A stretch of 64,000 nucleotides of DNA from Callorhinchus milii (Eukaryota), in the NCBI RefSeq assembly GCF_018977255.1, contig NW_024704743.1, forward strand, positions 33,420,001 to 33,484,000. Direction: 5' to 3'. The notes beneath the pieces were generated by a model, which had not been told where the DNA came from, did no database searches, and saw only the letters and a list, made by a program, of their open reading frames with translations. Positions 24,143 through 35,570 of the stretch are shown piece after piece. A program made the translations under genes and the position numbers. How positions within the stretch are numbered: the first letter of the stretch is position 1; each line of letters opens with the position of its first letter.

Positions 24143-24509
24143 TAATAATAATAATTCTTGCATTTGATATAGCACCTTGTCATGTCTTTGAAACGACTCA
24201 AAGTCCTTCACAGAATATACTGTAATGTGAAATTAACTGTATATTTTTGTGGGCGAAAATGCGGCAGCCAATTGCACACAGCAGTGTCCCACAAGCAGTC
24301 TTGGAGTGAGTGACCAATTTTTTAAAGGAATTATTACCCCCAGAAAAGCGATCTGCCAATTGACCAACAACTGGGTTCCTACTTACTGCTAGGTAAACAG
24401 AGGCATGTGGATTAAGGAAACTTGACCAACATTTTGTGCTGCCTGGAATCGAACCTAGTTCTCTCACTTGCGAAGCGAGTGCTCCAACCACTGAGCTACA
24501 GGACTCCAC
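24143..24509 (-). mobile_element. SINE2-1_CM-like SINE, long form, full length
   Basis: Intact head (B box GGTTCGATTCC), internal TACCTAGCAGTAAGTAGG segment, (ATT)n tail. Confidence 0.85.
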
Positions 24510-25334
24510 ATATAAATAGTAAACAGGAAGTGTTTCTCCTCTAAGATGTTCCTTTCAACAACAACAGCAACGACTGGTGTTGATACAACACCTTGCACAT
24601 GACAGAACATCTCAAAGCACTTTAACAAATGTAGTGAGTGAAGCCAAGTAGGGAAATAAGAGATTTAAAGACGTTACTCAAAAGCTTTTGGGTTTTTCAG
24701 TGATGCTCAGTGTGGGAGACAGAGGAATTGTGGTCAGCCACAACATGCATTACAGTCATTGCTGCTTCTCTAATCTCTAGACACTTTAGGCTGACAATAT
24801 TTCATTGACTTGAAAATTATGTAGAGACTGCTTAAAAAAACCATAAGCTCTCTATTAAGTCTGGCATTTATTGAACTGCAAATAGTCTGCAGGGGCAATG
24901 TAAAACATACACTTATATTTTAGTGGTAGCACATAACCCTTTTACAAGCCTTTTACAACAATGTGGGGACTGTCAGATCACGGGGGTGAAACGTTAAATA
25001 AAATGAACAATTTAAAAGAATGTTTTTGTCTTTATTTATGATGGGAGCCTTCATCTTCCAGGAGTAAGGGTGTAAATTTAGTGATACATGCAATATTTAT
25101 CACGTCGTGTGTTCCTTGGATGTATATGAGGAAACCCAATATCCATGGAAGTGTATCCCAGCAGAAGAATAGCAGAGCAATATTTTATATTAACATAAAC
25201 CGTGCTGTAAAGTAACGATTTTCCAGATTTACTCAAACCAGTTGTTTTTGCTCGTTCTCCACAAGAATCCTCTTTCAATATATTCGCATTTCATGATGAG
25301 TATGCATGCCCCATGTGTAATCTATGGAGCACAT

Positions 25335-25710
25335 GGGTCAGCCTACCTCAATTGATAGTAGTAGTCCTGCCTCTGTTGTGTGTCCAATTCCCATCTTGGG
25401 ACTTTGAGCTCATAGAGTAGTATTGCATTGTTGGAGGCGCCATTTTTAGGTTGAGACACTAAACCCAGATCCTGTCTGCCTGTTCAGGTAAACGTTAAAA
25501 TCCCATGGCATTATTTGAATAAAAGAAGGGAGTTCATCCCAGTATCTTGGCCAATAATCCCACAGATAAAATTGGTCATTCACTCCATGGCTGTTTGTGG
25601 GATATCATGGCTGCTGTGTTTGCCTACAAAATACTTCACTTCACAGTAAAATCTGTAAAACACAACGTGACATGAAAGACGCTATATGAAATGCAAGGAT
25701 TATTATTAAT
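25335..25710 (+). mobile_element. Deu-domain SINE
   Basis: GCATTGTTGGAGGCGCC...AAAATCCCATGGCATTATTTGAA core, with tail. Confidence 0.7.
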
Positions 25711-26384
25711 TGTTTTTAAGTTAACTAAAACTTTTTGACACCCACAGGCAGTCAGTAAATAGCTTTGAAATTGATCTCACGATCTTTAATAAAATTGAAC
25801 TTGGCTGTTTGAGCGGGCATGTCATAACACAGTTAAAAGTTAATAAGTGCTACTTAAAAACATGTGTGCTCAAAGGGTTTATGAAATAACAACTGTGATT
25901 AGTCACTACATACCACAGTGGTGTTGCAGCAAGTGCTATTTCTGTGATGAAGTTAACACCCAATTTATTTAATGAAATGTTTTTCTTCTTTTTTCACTTC
26001 ATTTTCCTCTCCTGAAGGCCCTTAAGCCTTTTTTGCACGTCAAGGACTTTGAGCTCATAGTATAGGCTGACACTCCACTGCAGTATTTTGGGGAGCACTG
26101 GAGCTTTGGGGAGTATTGTTGGAGGTGCCTTCCTTCAGATGAGATGCCAAAGAGATCCTGTCTACCTGCTGAGGTGGATGATTAAGATCCCAGGTGCTAT
26201 TCTGGTGAGGACAAGTAAAGAACGTATCTCTAACTGCTGCCCTGGATGAGATTATTTTCCTCAGTACAGACTGGGATAGTGGACAGTGTAGATGTGGACC
26301 TATGTCATATACCTACACTGTACTTTTTCCATCACTATTACATCCTGCTTATAATGTGGAGACCAGAAATGGACACAATATTTC

Positions 26385-26391
26385 AAAAAAA
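26385..26391 (-). terminator. Pol III oligo-T terminator of tRNA-Cys copy 1
   Basis: T7 run on the minus strand, 13 nt downstream of the tRNA 3' end. Confidence 0.8.
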
Positions 26392-26404
26392 TCACGTCAC
26401 CTTG

Positions 26405-26476
26405 AGGAGACGCCTGGATTTGAACCAGAGACCTCTTGATCTGCAGTCAAATGCTCTGCCACTGAGCTACATCCCC
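26405..26476 (-). tRNA. trnC-GCA: tRNA-Cys (anticodon GCA), copy 1, with G3:U70 in the acceptor stem
   Basis: Reverse complement GGGGATGTAGCTCAGTGGCAGAGCATTTGACTGCAGATCAAGAGGTCTCTGGTTCAAATCCAGGCGTCTCCT (72 nt) folds as a cloverleaf. Anticodon loop CTGCAGA, discriminator U73, A box TAGCTCAGTGG, B box GGTTCAAATCC. Confidence 0.95.
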
Positions 26477-27459
26477 GATAAAAAAACAATTTTTTTTTAT
26501 ATGCCAGAAACAAGACTAAAGATAATACTAATAGGTAAAGGCAGTTGTTGCAGCACTTTGTATACAAATTAATCCCAGGTTTGTGGCCTAACCAAGGTTT
26601 TGTATCAATTCAACATGAGCTCTTCACTTGTGTATACTATTCCTCCAAATATAAAGCCAAACACTGTGTTCTGAAAGCAAACATGCTGCCAAAAAATCTA
26701 TTCTCAGCACTTACATATAATATATATAATATATATGATTGTTTTCATGCCAAATCACCATATTTCAATCAATCCCATCTAGAAATTCAAGGTACTGGAG
26801 ACGGAGAGTTGCTGAATGAGTAGCTATGAGAGGGTAAGTACAGTTCAAGGAGTCTAAAGCAATATATTTTTTCTTAACCTGCCAGTTCATGAAACCATCT
26901 CTACACTAAACAGTGGAGCAACACAAAGATCGGAATGTAACGCATGCAAATCATGTTAATGTACTAAGCATACACTGAAAGAGGTGAATTAAAAACTCGT
27001 GTTGCACAGGCTCCAGTGGTATAGTTCATTTCAAACTATGTGTAAACTGGCTCAGTATTTCTTTTATTGTGGTTTGAGCATTCACCTAAAACAATAGCAG
27101 GTTTTTTCATCTTCGTGTAACAGTAGCAGTGGTAAGATCAACTAGGTCAAATGAACAAACAGTGACCTTAAAGCCAGCCTATGTGTGATCAGATAAGAGT
27201 GTATAAGATTATTTCAATGCACATTTCTAATGTGGATTCAGATCCACAGGAAGCTAAACTGGGGTTTTGTTTTCCTTGTGACTCTACCTATTTGCCGCTA
27301 TGTTCAGTAGCCAGAAGCAACCTGGAGAGATTAGAAGATTACCATTGTAGCTACGTGCACACTTTAAAAAAGGAAGTTACCAGAAATAGCTTTTACAGGA
27401 TATTTTGTTTGCCAAACGTCCAATGTCTCAAGTCTTCTAATATCGTATTTATTTCTATA

Positions 27460-28010
27460 CAACAACTGGCATTTATATCACGCCCTTCACACATGGTATC
27501 ATATCAGTGCTCTTAACAGTGGCGGAGCTGGACACCGAGCCAGGGTTCGAGGGGAGGTGACCGTGGGCACAGTCAGAGAGGAAGGTCTTCAGGTATGACC
27601 TGAAGGTATGCAAGCAGGAGGCAAGGCAGAGGGATTAAGGCAGAGTTCCAGTTCAGGGCGTAGGGGGCTTAAACCACGGCTGGGGATGATGGAATGGAAG
27701 GGAACAAGGGCCATGCAGAAGGCTGGAGCCAACTGAACAAAGGGGGCAGGTAGAGGAGTGGGGTGTGTGCAGAAGAAGGGAGGTGGTAGAAACATATAAA
27801 TACAAATACAAAAATACATTTGTAAAAAGTGTTTCACGTCAGAAGGGCACTGGATGAAGTGATTTGTCCCAACATGAAGTGATCTGTAAGTGAATGTGAG
27901 GAGCTTGAAATCGATCCATTCTACAATATGGAGCCAGTGTGAAGCCTGGCAAGGACTAGTGAGAAAAGGGGTGTGCAATTTGGTACTGGTGTGGAAGGGA
28001 CGGCAGAGTT
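27460..28010 (-). mobile_element. L2 LINE 3' fragment, interrupted
   Basis: HWLHIVEWIDFKLLTFTYRSLH in ORF 27589-27978; L2 tail at about 27460. Confidence 0.75.
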
Positions 28011-28191
28011 TTTAATACATGTTGGGAAGGTTTTGAACAAAGAACATTTTGCATGGCCCCAACAACTCCTCCCTGCCTTTTTGCCCACTATTAATTTTGT
28101 TCATTCCCAAGCTGACTGCAGGTCAACACGGAGGAGATTTCTCATGAGTCAACATAATATACATGTGCTTTCCTGCAGGAGTTTCACATTA

Positions 28192-28498
28192 GGTGTACTG
28201 TAGCTCAGTCGTTAGAGCACTCGCCTCGCAATGGGTTCAATTCCCGGCAGGGAAAAACATTGGGCAAGAATCCTTATTCCACATGCCTAATAATAATACC
28301 TCGAGAAAAAAAAACAATAATAATTTGGTCACTCAATCCATGACTGTTTGTGGGACACTGTTGTGCGCAATTGGCTGTGGCCTTTCACCTACAAATATAC
28401 AGTCAATTCACTTTACAGTATATTATGTGAAGTGCTTTGAGACGTCTAGAAGACATGAAAAGCGCTAATTCAAATGCAAGGATTATTATTATTATTAT
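28192..28498 (+). mobile_element. SINE2-1_CM-like SINE, short form
   Basis: tRNA-like head and (ATT)n tail. Confidence 0.85.
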
Positions 28499-29219
28499 TT
28501 GCTGTTGGGCTTTCTCCAGCGTGAGGTGCCGATTCTACTGTGGTTTTACCATGTAATTGTTTTTTCAATCCTCGTGAACAATTTTGCATTCTTGAACCTG
28601 GGAATGATGTGGTCACTTGTAACACCACTTGCCACGAGCTGAGAACACCAAACTCGACACAGACCAGGGATTGAACCTTGGAGCTATTTGGCTAAATACA
28701 ACACTATCTCATAAAATACAATTTACATCTGTATAAAGTCTTTCAGGTTGGAAGGACATTCCAAAGCACTTGGCTTCCCAAAGTGCAGTATATATACCTA
28801 CTGAACAGGGAGTCAAACATTTATAAAAGGGCCGATCGAATGTACAAGCTACAATCTAAATTTAGTATCACTGGCTGTTTGGTCACTGCACTGGTAAAAG
28901 TATTTACTGTCACCATTACTTTGACCTTCTCAAAATAGCCCCAAATTGCCTTATTATGAGACAATTCCATTGAACCAAGATGAAAGGCAGGATTAGAAAG
29001 GTCTAAAATGCACAAGCAGAGAACATGTAAGTTATATACATAAACACGAATGGGCTAAAATTAGTGAATTAATCAGAAAGTACCTTACAGAAAATGCTTT
29101 AAGGGGCCCATCAATAATAAATTACAAGATCACAAGAGATGAAGAAGGTCTATTTGCTTTCATCTTTTTATTTTTATAACTATTTTTGCTGGTAGATGAT
29201 TTGAGGACGAGAGGGGATT

Positions 29220-29510
29220 AATTTAACATTATAACTAGGAGTGTGAAAGGGAAAACGAGCAAGATTCTTTTCTCTGAGAAGGTTATCAGAATATGATGGA
29301 ATGATATGCGAGGTGGAGCTGTTGGTGTAGAATCAATCGGAGCATTTGAAAAGGGATTAGATAAGCGTAAGTGGGGCAAGGTTATTAGAGGGTATGGGGA
29401 AAGAACAGGGAGTTGGTATTAGAATAGGTGGCTTTATTAGTGGAGCAAACACCGACACTAATACAATGGGTTGAATGGCCTCCTACTGTGTTGTAGATTT
29501 CTCTGCTTCA
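29220..29510 (+). mobile_element. CR1 LINE 3' end
   Basis: CR1 ORF2 terminus and 3' UTR motif ATGGGTTGAATGGCCTCCTACTGTG. Confidence 0.75.
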
Positions 29511-29749
29511 TTCCAGAAATACCAACCCTCCCATCCTCAAAATGTTTCTTAATTTAGTAGTTTTCTAGCCTTAGCCACACTTTGTAGCAACCATTTCCAA
29601 CTCCTGATTATCCTCTGTAAATAAATACTTATGAATATGGAGCAAGCAATGGTACAATACACTATGATTTGCATTTGTACAGCATTTTACACACCACAGG
29701 ACATCTCAAATACCCAAGCCATAAAATATTTTGTGATTGACAGTCTGAG

Positions 29750-29757
29750 AAAAAAAA
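29750..29757 (-). terminator. Pol III oligo-T terminator of tRNA-Cys copy 2
   Basis: T8 run on the minus strand, 13 nt downstream of the tRNA 3' end. Confidence 0.8.
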
Positions 29758-29770
29758 TCACATCACCTTA

Positions 29771-29842
29771 AGGGGACGCCTGGATTTGAACCAGAGACCT
29801 CTTGATCTGCAGTCAAATGCTCTGCCACTGAGCTACATCCCC
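29771..29842 (-). tRNA. trnC-GCA: tRNA-Cys (anticodon GCA), copy 2
   Basis: Reverse complement GGGGATGTAGCTCAGTGGCAGAGCATTTGACTGCAGATCAAGAGGTCTCTGGTTCAAATCCAGGCGTCCCCT. Full cloverleaf with G3:C70, U73 and intact A/B boxes. Confidence 0.97.
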
Positions 29843-31034
29843 GACAAAAAACAAGGGATTTTTTACATGCCAGAAACAAGACTGAAGGTAATACTGATAG
29901 GCAAAGGCAGTTGTTGCAGCACTTTGTATACACGTTAATCCCACGTTTGCAAGCTGCTGAGCCAAAAACCTGATGATGGTAGCATTTTGCTACCTGCCAG
30001 CAAACGTTTTTTGCCACAGAACAAGGTTGAAGGCTTATAGCAGTAAATAGCTAAGTCCATTGTTGCTCAGGATAACATTTCATGCATTAACTAATACTGG
30101 CCCTAGGGGACACTTGAAACCATGCGCACATAAAAATAACTCCAACAATGTACTGTGTAATGTATTGAATACCTTTATTTCTTCACTACAAACATACAAT
30201 ACTGGACGTGTGAGAATTGTCATTCTCCACATGCTTTGCATTGTTCAGCAATGTACCATACAAACAATAAATACTGGGACAATCAGATAAAGTCTGCTTG
30301 AGCATAATATATATAGAATAGAAAAAATTGTACATCTATAGAAAAAATTGTAGTCCAGATTTCAAAAACAAATATATTTTTCCTATTACACACTAAAGAT
30401 AATCATATAGAATCAAAGGATTTTTTTTGTGGGTGGGGGATGTCAGACACATGTCTGACACATGCGGAAACCCATCACCAAGTTTAAGCATATCCAAACC
30501 AAGCTGAGATTTCCATGCATCCCACCTACACATGGACATCCTAGACATAGATTGTTGGAATGGAATGCGCACTCTCTTCCTGGAAGGATGCATCCTGCTT
30601 ACCTAATTCTGGAAAGTGTTAGGTGCAGGTTGACGAGAGCCAAGGCCTGGGGACCGGAGTGTGCATTGGGTACTGCTGGTGTCTAACCAGATTAAAATGC
30701 ATAGCTTGCCATTGATATTGCTGACTGGCAAGCTTTCCAGCTGCTTGTCCAGCTAGGACCACCCTACCCATTAGGGCTTTAGCTTGCAGGGTTAACAGGA
30801 GCTGAGTGGGATGACTCCCTACCCCCAGTGACTGGTCTGCCCATCCAGATCCAGCCGATGAGCCAGACTGGCTGTGCTGTGGACCATTCTGGCTCATGAC
30901 CTGGACTATCAAGTCTGTCAGAGAGGGCTGGCTCAATTCCGACATTCTGTTGCCAGGCATGTCACCTAGGAGCCAGTTCAGCTCCAAGGAGACCCCGCTT
31001 AATCCCAATGGATTATAATGTACAATAATTCTTG

Positions 31035-31425
31035 ACAACAGCAATAAGTTGCATTTATAAAGTGCCTTTCACATCGGGAGGACGTTCCAAGGTGCTGAAC
31101 AGTCAAGGGTTTGCACCTGGGCTGGAGATTGGAGTCAAGAGGGGTGGAAGTAGGAGGATGACCAAAGTCACAGTCAAAGAAGAAGGTCTTGAGACGAGCC
31201 TTGAAGGAGGCAAGGGAGGGTTGAGGTGGAGGTGCAGCAGAATGGACTTTCAGAGGAGGCCAGACTGCCGATGATGGAGAAGCAGAGCGTGGAACATGGA
31301 GCAGGCCAGTGCCCGCCGATTGAAGGGAGCAGACAGATTGGGAAAGGTTTAATAGGTTGCAACGGTAGGAGGGCTTTAAGGATGAGGATCTTAAACTCAA
31401 TCCTCTGAGGGATGGGGAGTCAGAT
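31035..31425 (-). mobile_element. L2 LINE 3' fragment
   Basis: LASFKARLKTFFF motif and L2 tail. Confidence 0.75.
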
Positions 31426-32282
31426 TTCTTAATCAGGAATCTTGTTAGAATCCTGTTGAACTACATTCTGGAAATACATCATGGCAAAGCAGAGTTTCTT
31501 CACATAGACAAATGTACTTCAAGTTAGCAAGACTCGTAATTTGCACAACTGAGATTTCTTAGCAAGAAGTATCACAAATTACACTCCATTGTACTTTTCA
31601 GCTCTCCAAATACCTTTTTTTTTAAAAATAACTGCCGCTGTCAAATACTGTGCTGTAAGTAGTAATACTCATTGAATTCTAATAGATGCATCATCAGAGC
31701 AGCTACCCAACACAGATGTTGCATGTTCAGTAGTGTTAAGTGGACATTTAATCTGTTTCCGACACCGATTCTGAGCATTCAATATGCCCTCGAAAATTGC
31801 CTCCTGCTCAACATTCTCTGCACCAATAATATTTTCATAACATCTGCAATCCGACACAGCAACTGCCCTCGTTTCATGCATATCCCCTGCAAATGAAGAA
31901 ACACAAGTAATGTACTTTCCTCGCCTGAAACTACAAGTGCTGAAGACAGATTTATGTCCACAGTGCTCGGTTCTGCTGCGTTCTCCTCTGTCAGAATGGC
32001 ACGCGTTTTCCAAGGATTGTTGCTCCCGTGGGATTCTGAAGTCTGCTGTTCCTTTGCTATGTTCCTGTAGTTTAGTTGTACGACTCCTTGGAATTCATTC
32101 ATCAGGGAAAACAAATCTCATTAATGCTATCATTCTAAAGTAATGGCTGAATTTCGTTGCTTGGCACATGTTGCAAATGGTCTGCACATTGCCTACAAAT
32201 ACACAGTCACCACACTTTACAATTTACAAATTCAAATGCTTTGAGACTTCATCCCAATGTGAAAGGAGCTTAAGGATGAAAT

Positions 32283-32460
32283 GTGAAAGGGGAGAGGGTG
32301 GAGGAGAAAGGGGAACGAGGTAAAGGAGAGAGGAGGCGTAAAGGAGGGAGAGGGAAGGAGGAGGTTGGAGGAGGAAAAGGAGAGAAGAGAGCAAAGGAGA
32401 GGCAAGGAGTGGGAGAGGGAACAGGGAGGACAAGAGAGGGGGACAGAGGAGGGATGTGGC
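32283..32460 (+). repeat. Purine-rich (G/A) low-complexity tract
   Basis: About 180 bp made almost entirely of G and A on the plus strand. Confidence 0.8.
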
Positions 32461-34159
32461 TGAAGGTGCAGCCAAAAATGTAGGATTTTAAGTGTTTTGA
32501 AAGTGGAGAGGGAGGGTGTGAAGTGGAGGGATTTAGTGAGAGAACTCCAGGGAGCAGGGGCAAAGTGAAGGCCATAAAACCAGGCTTACACTGCCAATTA
32601 GCAGCAGCATTTCCCTAACACAAAAAAGGTAAAAGAACTTTTGTCAAGCTACTGACCGCTGTGTTGTTTAGTACTGAACAAGCTTTGTACAAAGTGAAGT
32701 GATAGTTTGGCCTAACTGGTTGTCACTCTCACATTTTTGTCAGAAAGTTGTTGGTTCATAGTCCCTCGTTAGGGCTTAAACTCGGTCTCGGTTGACTCTC
32801 CTGTGCAGGTCTGAGGGAACGTTGCATTGGCAGAAGCGCCTTTAAATCAAGGCCCAGTCTGCCTGTTCTTCAGCTGAATGTTAAAGATCCTACAAAAAGA
32901 GAAGGGAGTTTCTCTGGCCTGTTTGTGGGATCTTGCTGTATGCAAAATGGCTGTCGTGATTGCCTACAAATTGTTGTTGTTGAGAATTTTGTTGCTCTGC
33001 CTTTGACCCAGCCAGCCGCCAATCCTGCAGATTAATTTGTGGTTCAAGTTGTGACTGTTTGTGGGTTCTCTCTACGTGTTAAAAAGCTGATGTGTTTTTG
33101 ACTGTCCTATCGGTCGCCTTTCCTTCCCCCTCAGGTTTCCCTCCCACTCTCCCTACGCCTCAGCTCTCCACTCCACAGCTCCCTACACCGCAGCTTGGGC
33201 TCCCAATCAACTGCATGAAGCATTTTGAGACGTCCTCCTGACATGGAAGGTGCTAAGTAAATATAAATTGTTGTTGTTTTGTTTGTGTAAAAGAAACAGT
33301 CACGACCCATGATAATTATTGTGAAGCACTTCACAGAGAGTTTTCAACATTACAGGCACTATAAAAATAAAATACAATATAATTTGCTGTGGGCAAATTG
33401 GCTGCCGCCTTCACCTACAAAATACACAGTCACTACACTTTGCAGTAAATCATGTGAAGCGCATTAAGAAGTTTCGATAACATAATAAGGTGCTATTTCA
33501 AATGCAAGGATTATTATTGGTAAAATGCAAGTTCTTGCACAAAACAGTTGCAAAAACAGAGCTCCTCCATCTGAATTATTTCGATATTTCTCCTTTACTC
33601 TGGGAATATTGTATTCTGATTGGGTTAGTTTTTAAAGTGATGGCACAGACACTACAGCAACACATTCACAAATGCTGTCTAATTTGTTTTAGCCTGTGAC
33701 CTCATTTATTCTACATTGCATTTCACAAAATGTGTCATTTTCAAGGTCTCCCACTGCCTTTAAAGCCCAGCTGTTCGATTTTAAAAGCTGTACAAGTTTC
33801 TCTTTTGCAAAGCTTTGTGATAATTATAGCACATTAATCTGTCCGTTTATCTAGGAACGAAAATGAAGTCTGTGTTTCAGGCATTTGCTTGTCATGCACA
33901 TTAAGCTGAAATATGACAACTGGAGCTGTTTTACCCTTATTTTGGCCTGATTCCAAATGGATACAACATAGCACCATAGCACATTGCAAATCAGTATAAC
34001 ATGCCACAAATTTGTCAAACTGAGGGCTTTTTTGCCTCTCTGTTGATTTTCTCTCCCCCACCGCTCCCACTCTCCTCTCTCCGGGAGGAATCTAACAATT
34101 TTGCTCTTGTAGAGAAATAGTTTTGTAGGACTTTCCGATGAGCCTTGATGGTCAACGTT

Positions 34160-34620
34160 GATAACAACAACTTGTTGAAGGGCACAATATAAAGGGCATT
34201 TATACTGGGCCCTTCAGGTAGGCTAACGTCTTGGAGTTCATCACAATGACGGGATTGGACACTGATAATAGGTACAATCAAACAGGTAGACTTTTAGCTG
34301 GTTTTTAAGACAGACAGAAAGAGCACCAGAGGGAATGGTAGAGAGAGGGAGCTCCAGAGGTTAGGGAAGTAGTAACTGAAGCCTCAGCCATGGTGGGGAC
34401 AGGGAACATGCAGTAAGCCTGAGTTAGATGAGTGGAGGAAGCGAGTAGAGGAGTTCGATAGGAGATCATCAAAGAAATAAGAAGGCCAGGACATGATGAA
34501 ATTCATAAGTGAGGACCTTGAAATCAATCTGCTTGGAGACGCGTGAGAACTGGAGTGAAGGTGCGCAGGGTTTGGTGCACATGAGGATGCGGGCAGCGAA
34601 AAATTGAATAAGTTGAAGCG
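34160..34620 (-). mobile_element. Old L2 LINE 3' fragment
   Basis: ACAACAACTTG tail and GACCTTGAAATCAATC (IDFKV) motif. Confidence 0.6.
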
Positions 34621-35139
34621 AGTGATTTGTCCTTGGTGCATATCACAGTCAAAGCCAATCATTCTCTCCTCTAAGAACCTCACATATTCCCTTTCCAGCT
34701 GGATTTCTGGATGACGATGAACACCAGGACTTCCGCCAGGAGTTACTCAGCTTAATTGTAGCACCAAGTGTTTCCACAGCTGAGATCATTTCACTCAGCA
34801 TAGACTGTGAACTTCTGCTCTATATGACCTAGAAATTTACAGTCACTACACTCGACAGAAACTTTGCAAGGTGCTTTGAGATGTTCTCGATATTATAGGC
34901 ACTATATGAGTATTTCTGTTATTCATTTTATTTTATTGCTGCACAGAGTGGAATCCTCACCCACTGAGTCAAACATGAAGTTCCGTTGTAAGAACCACAT
35001 CTCATTCAAAGAGTGACTTATATTCGCAATACTTTTTGTAAACGTTTTAAGCGCTGATTTAAGACCCATCATTCTTTTTGTCAAACTGTTCAAAATTGTA
35101 ACTCACACCTGTAAACATGGAAGGCTAGGTGTCGTGGGT

Positions 35140-35570
35140 GTAACTGCCTCAATTGGTAGCACTCTCATCAGAAGGTTATTATTATTATTAAGGTTCAAGA
35201 CCAAGTCAGGACTTTGAGTTCATAGACTGACAAGCCAGTACAGTGCAGAAGGGGTGCTACATTGTTCGAGGTATCGTCCTTCAGATATGCTGTTAAACTG
35301 AGGTCCCATCTCCCTGTTCAGGTGGAAGGTAAGGATCCTAGTGCACTATTCAAAAGTCAAGGGAGTTTCTCCTACTGTCCTTACCAACAATTTCTCAGAT
35401 AAAATTAGTCATTCACTTTATGACTGTTTGTGTGACATTGTTGTACACAAATTTGGCTATTGCATTCACCTGCAAAATACACAGTCACTACAACTTTACA
35501 GCAATTGTATGTGAAGCTCTGAAACAGTGTGCAATTATGTCAAGTGGAAGGATTATTTTTGTTATTATCA
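35140..35570 (+). mobile_element. Deu-domain SINE
   Basis: Head GCCTCAATTGGTAGCACTCTC, Deu core and tail. Confidence 0.7.

Larger units (their letters stand above)
26320..26670 (-). mobile_element. CR1 ORF2 relic split by the tRNA-Cys cassette
   Basis: Left flank ACATCCTGCTTATAATGTGGAGACCAGAAATGGACACAATA and right flank TGTGGCCTAACCAAGGTTTTGTATCAATT are contiguous parts of the CR1 motif LY.TLVRP.LEYCV.FWSP on the minus strand. Confidence 0.75.

Noticed and set aside
26246..26572. ORFs overlapping the tRNA genes (also 29763-30017)
   Set aside because: Chance frames through tRNA and CR1 sequence.
30318..30352. 15-bp tandem direct repeat ATAGAAAAAATTGTA
   Set aside because: AT-rich two-copy slippage duplication with no further support.
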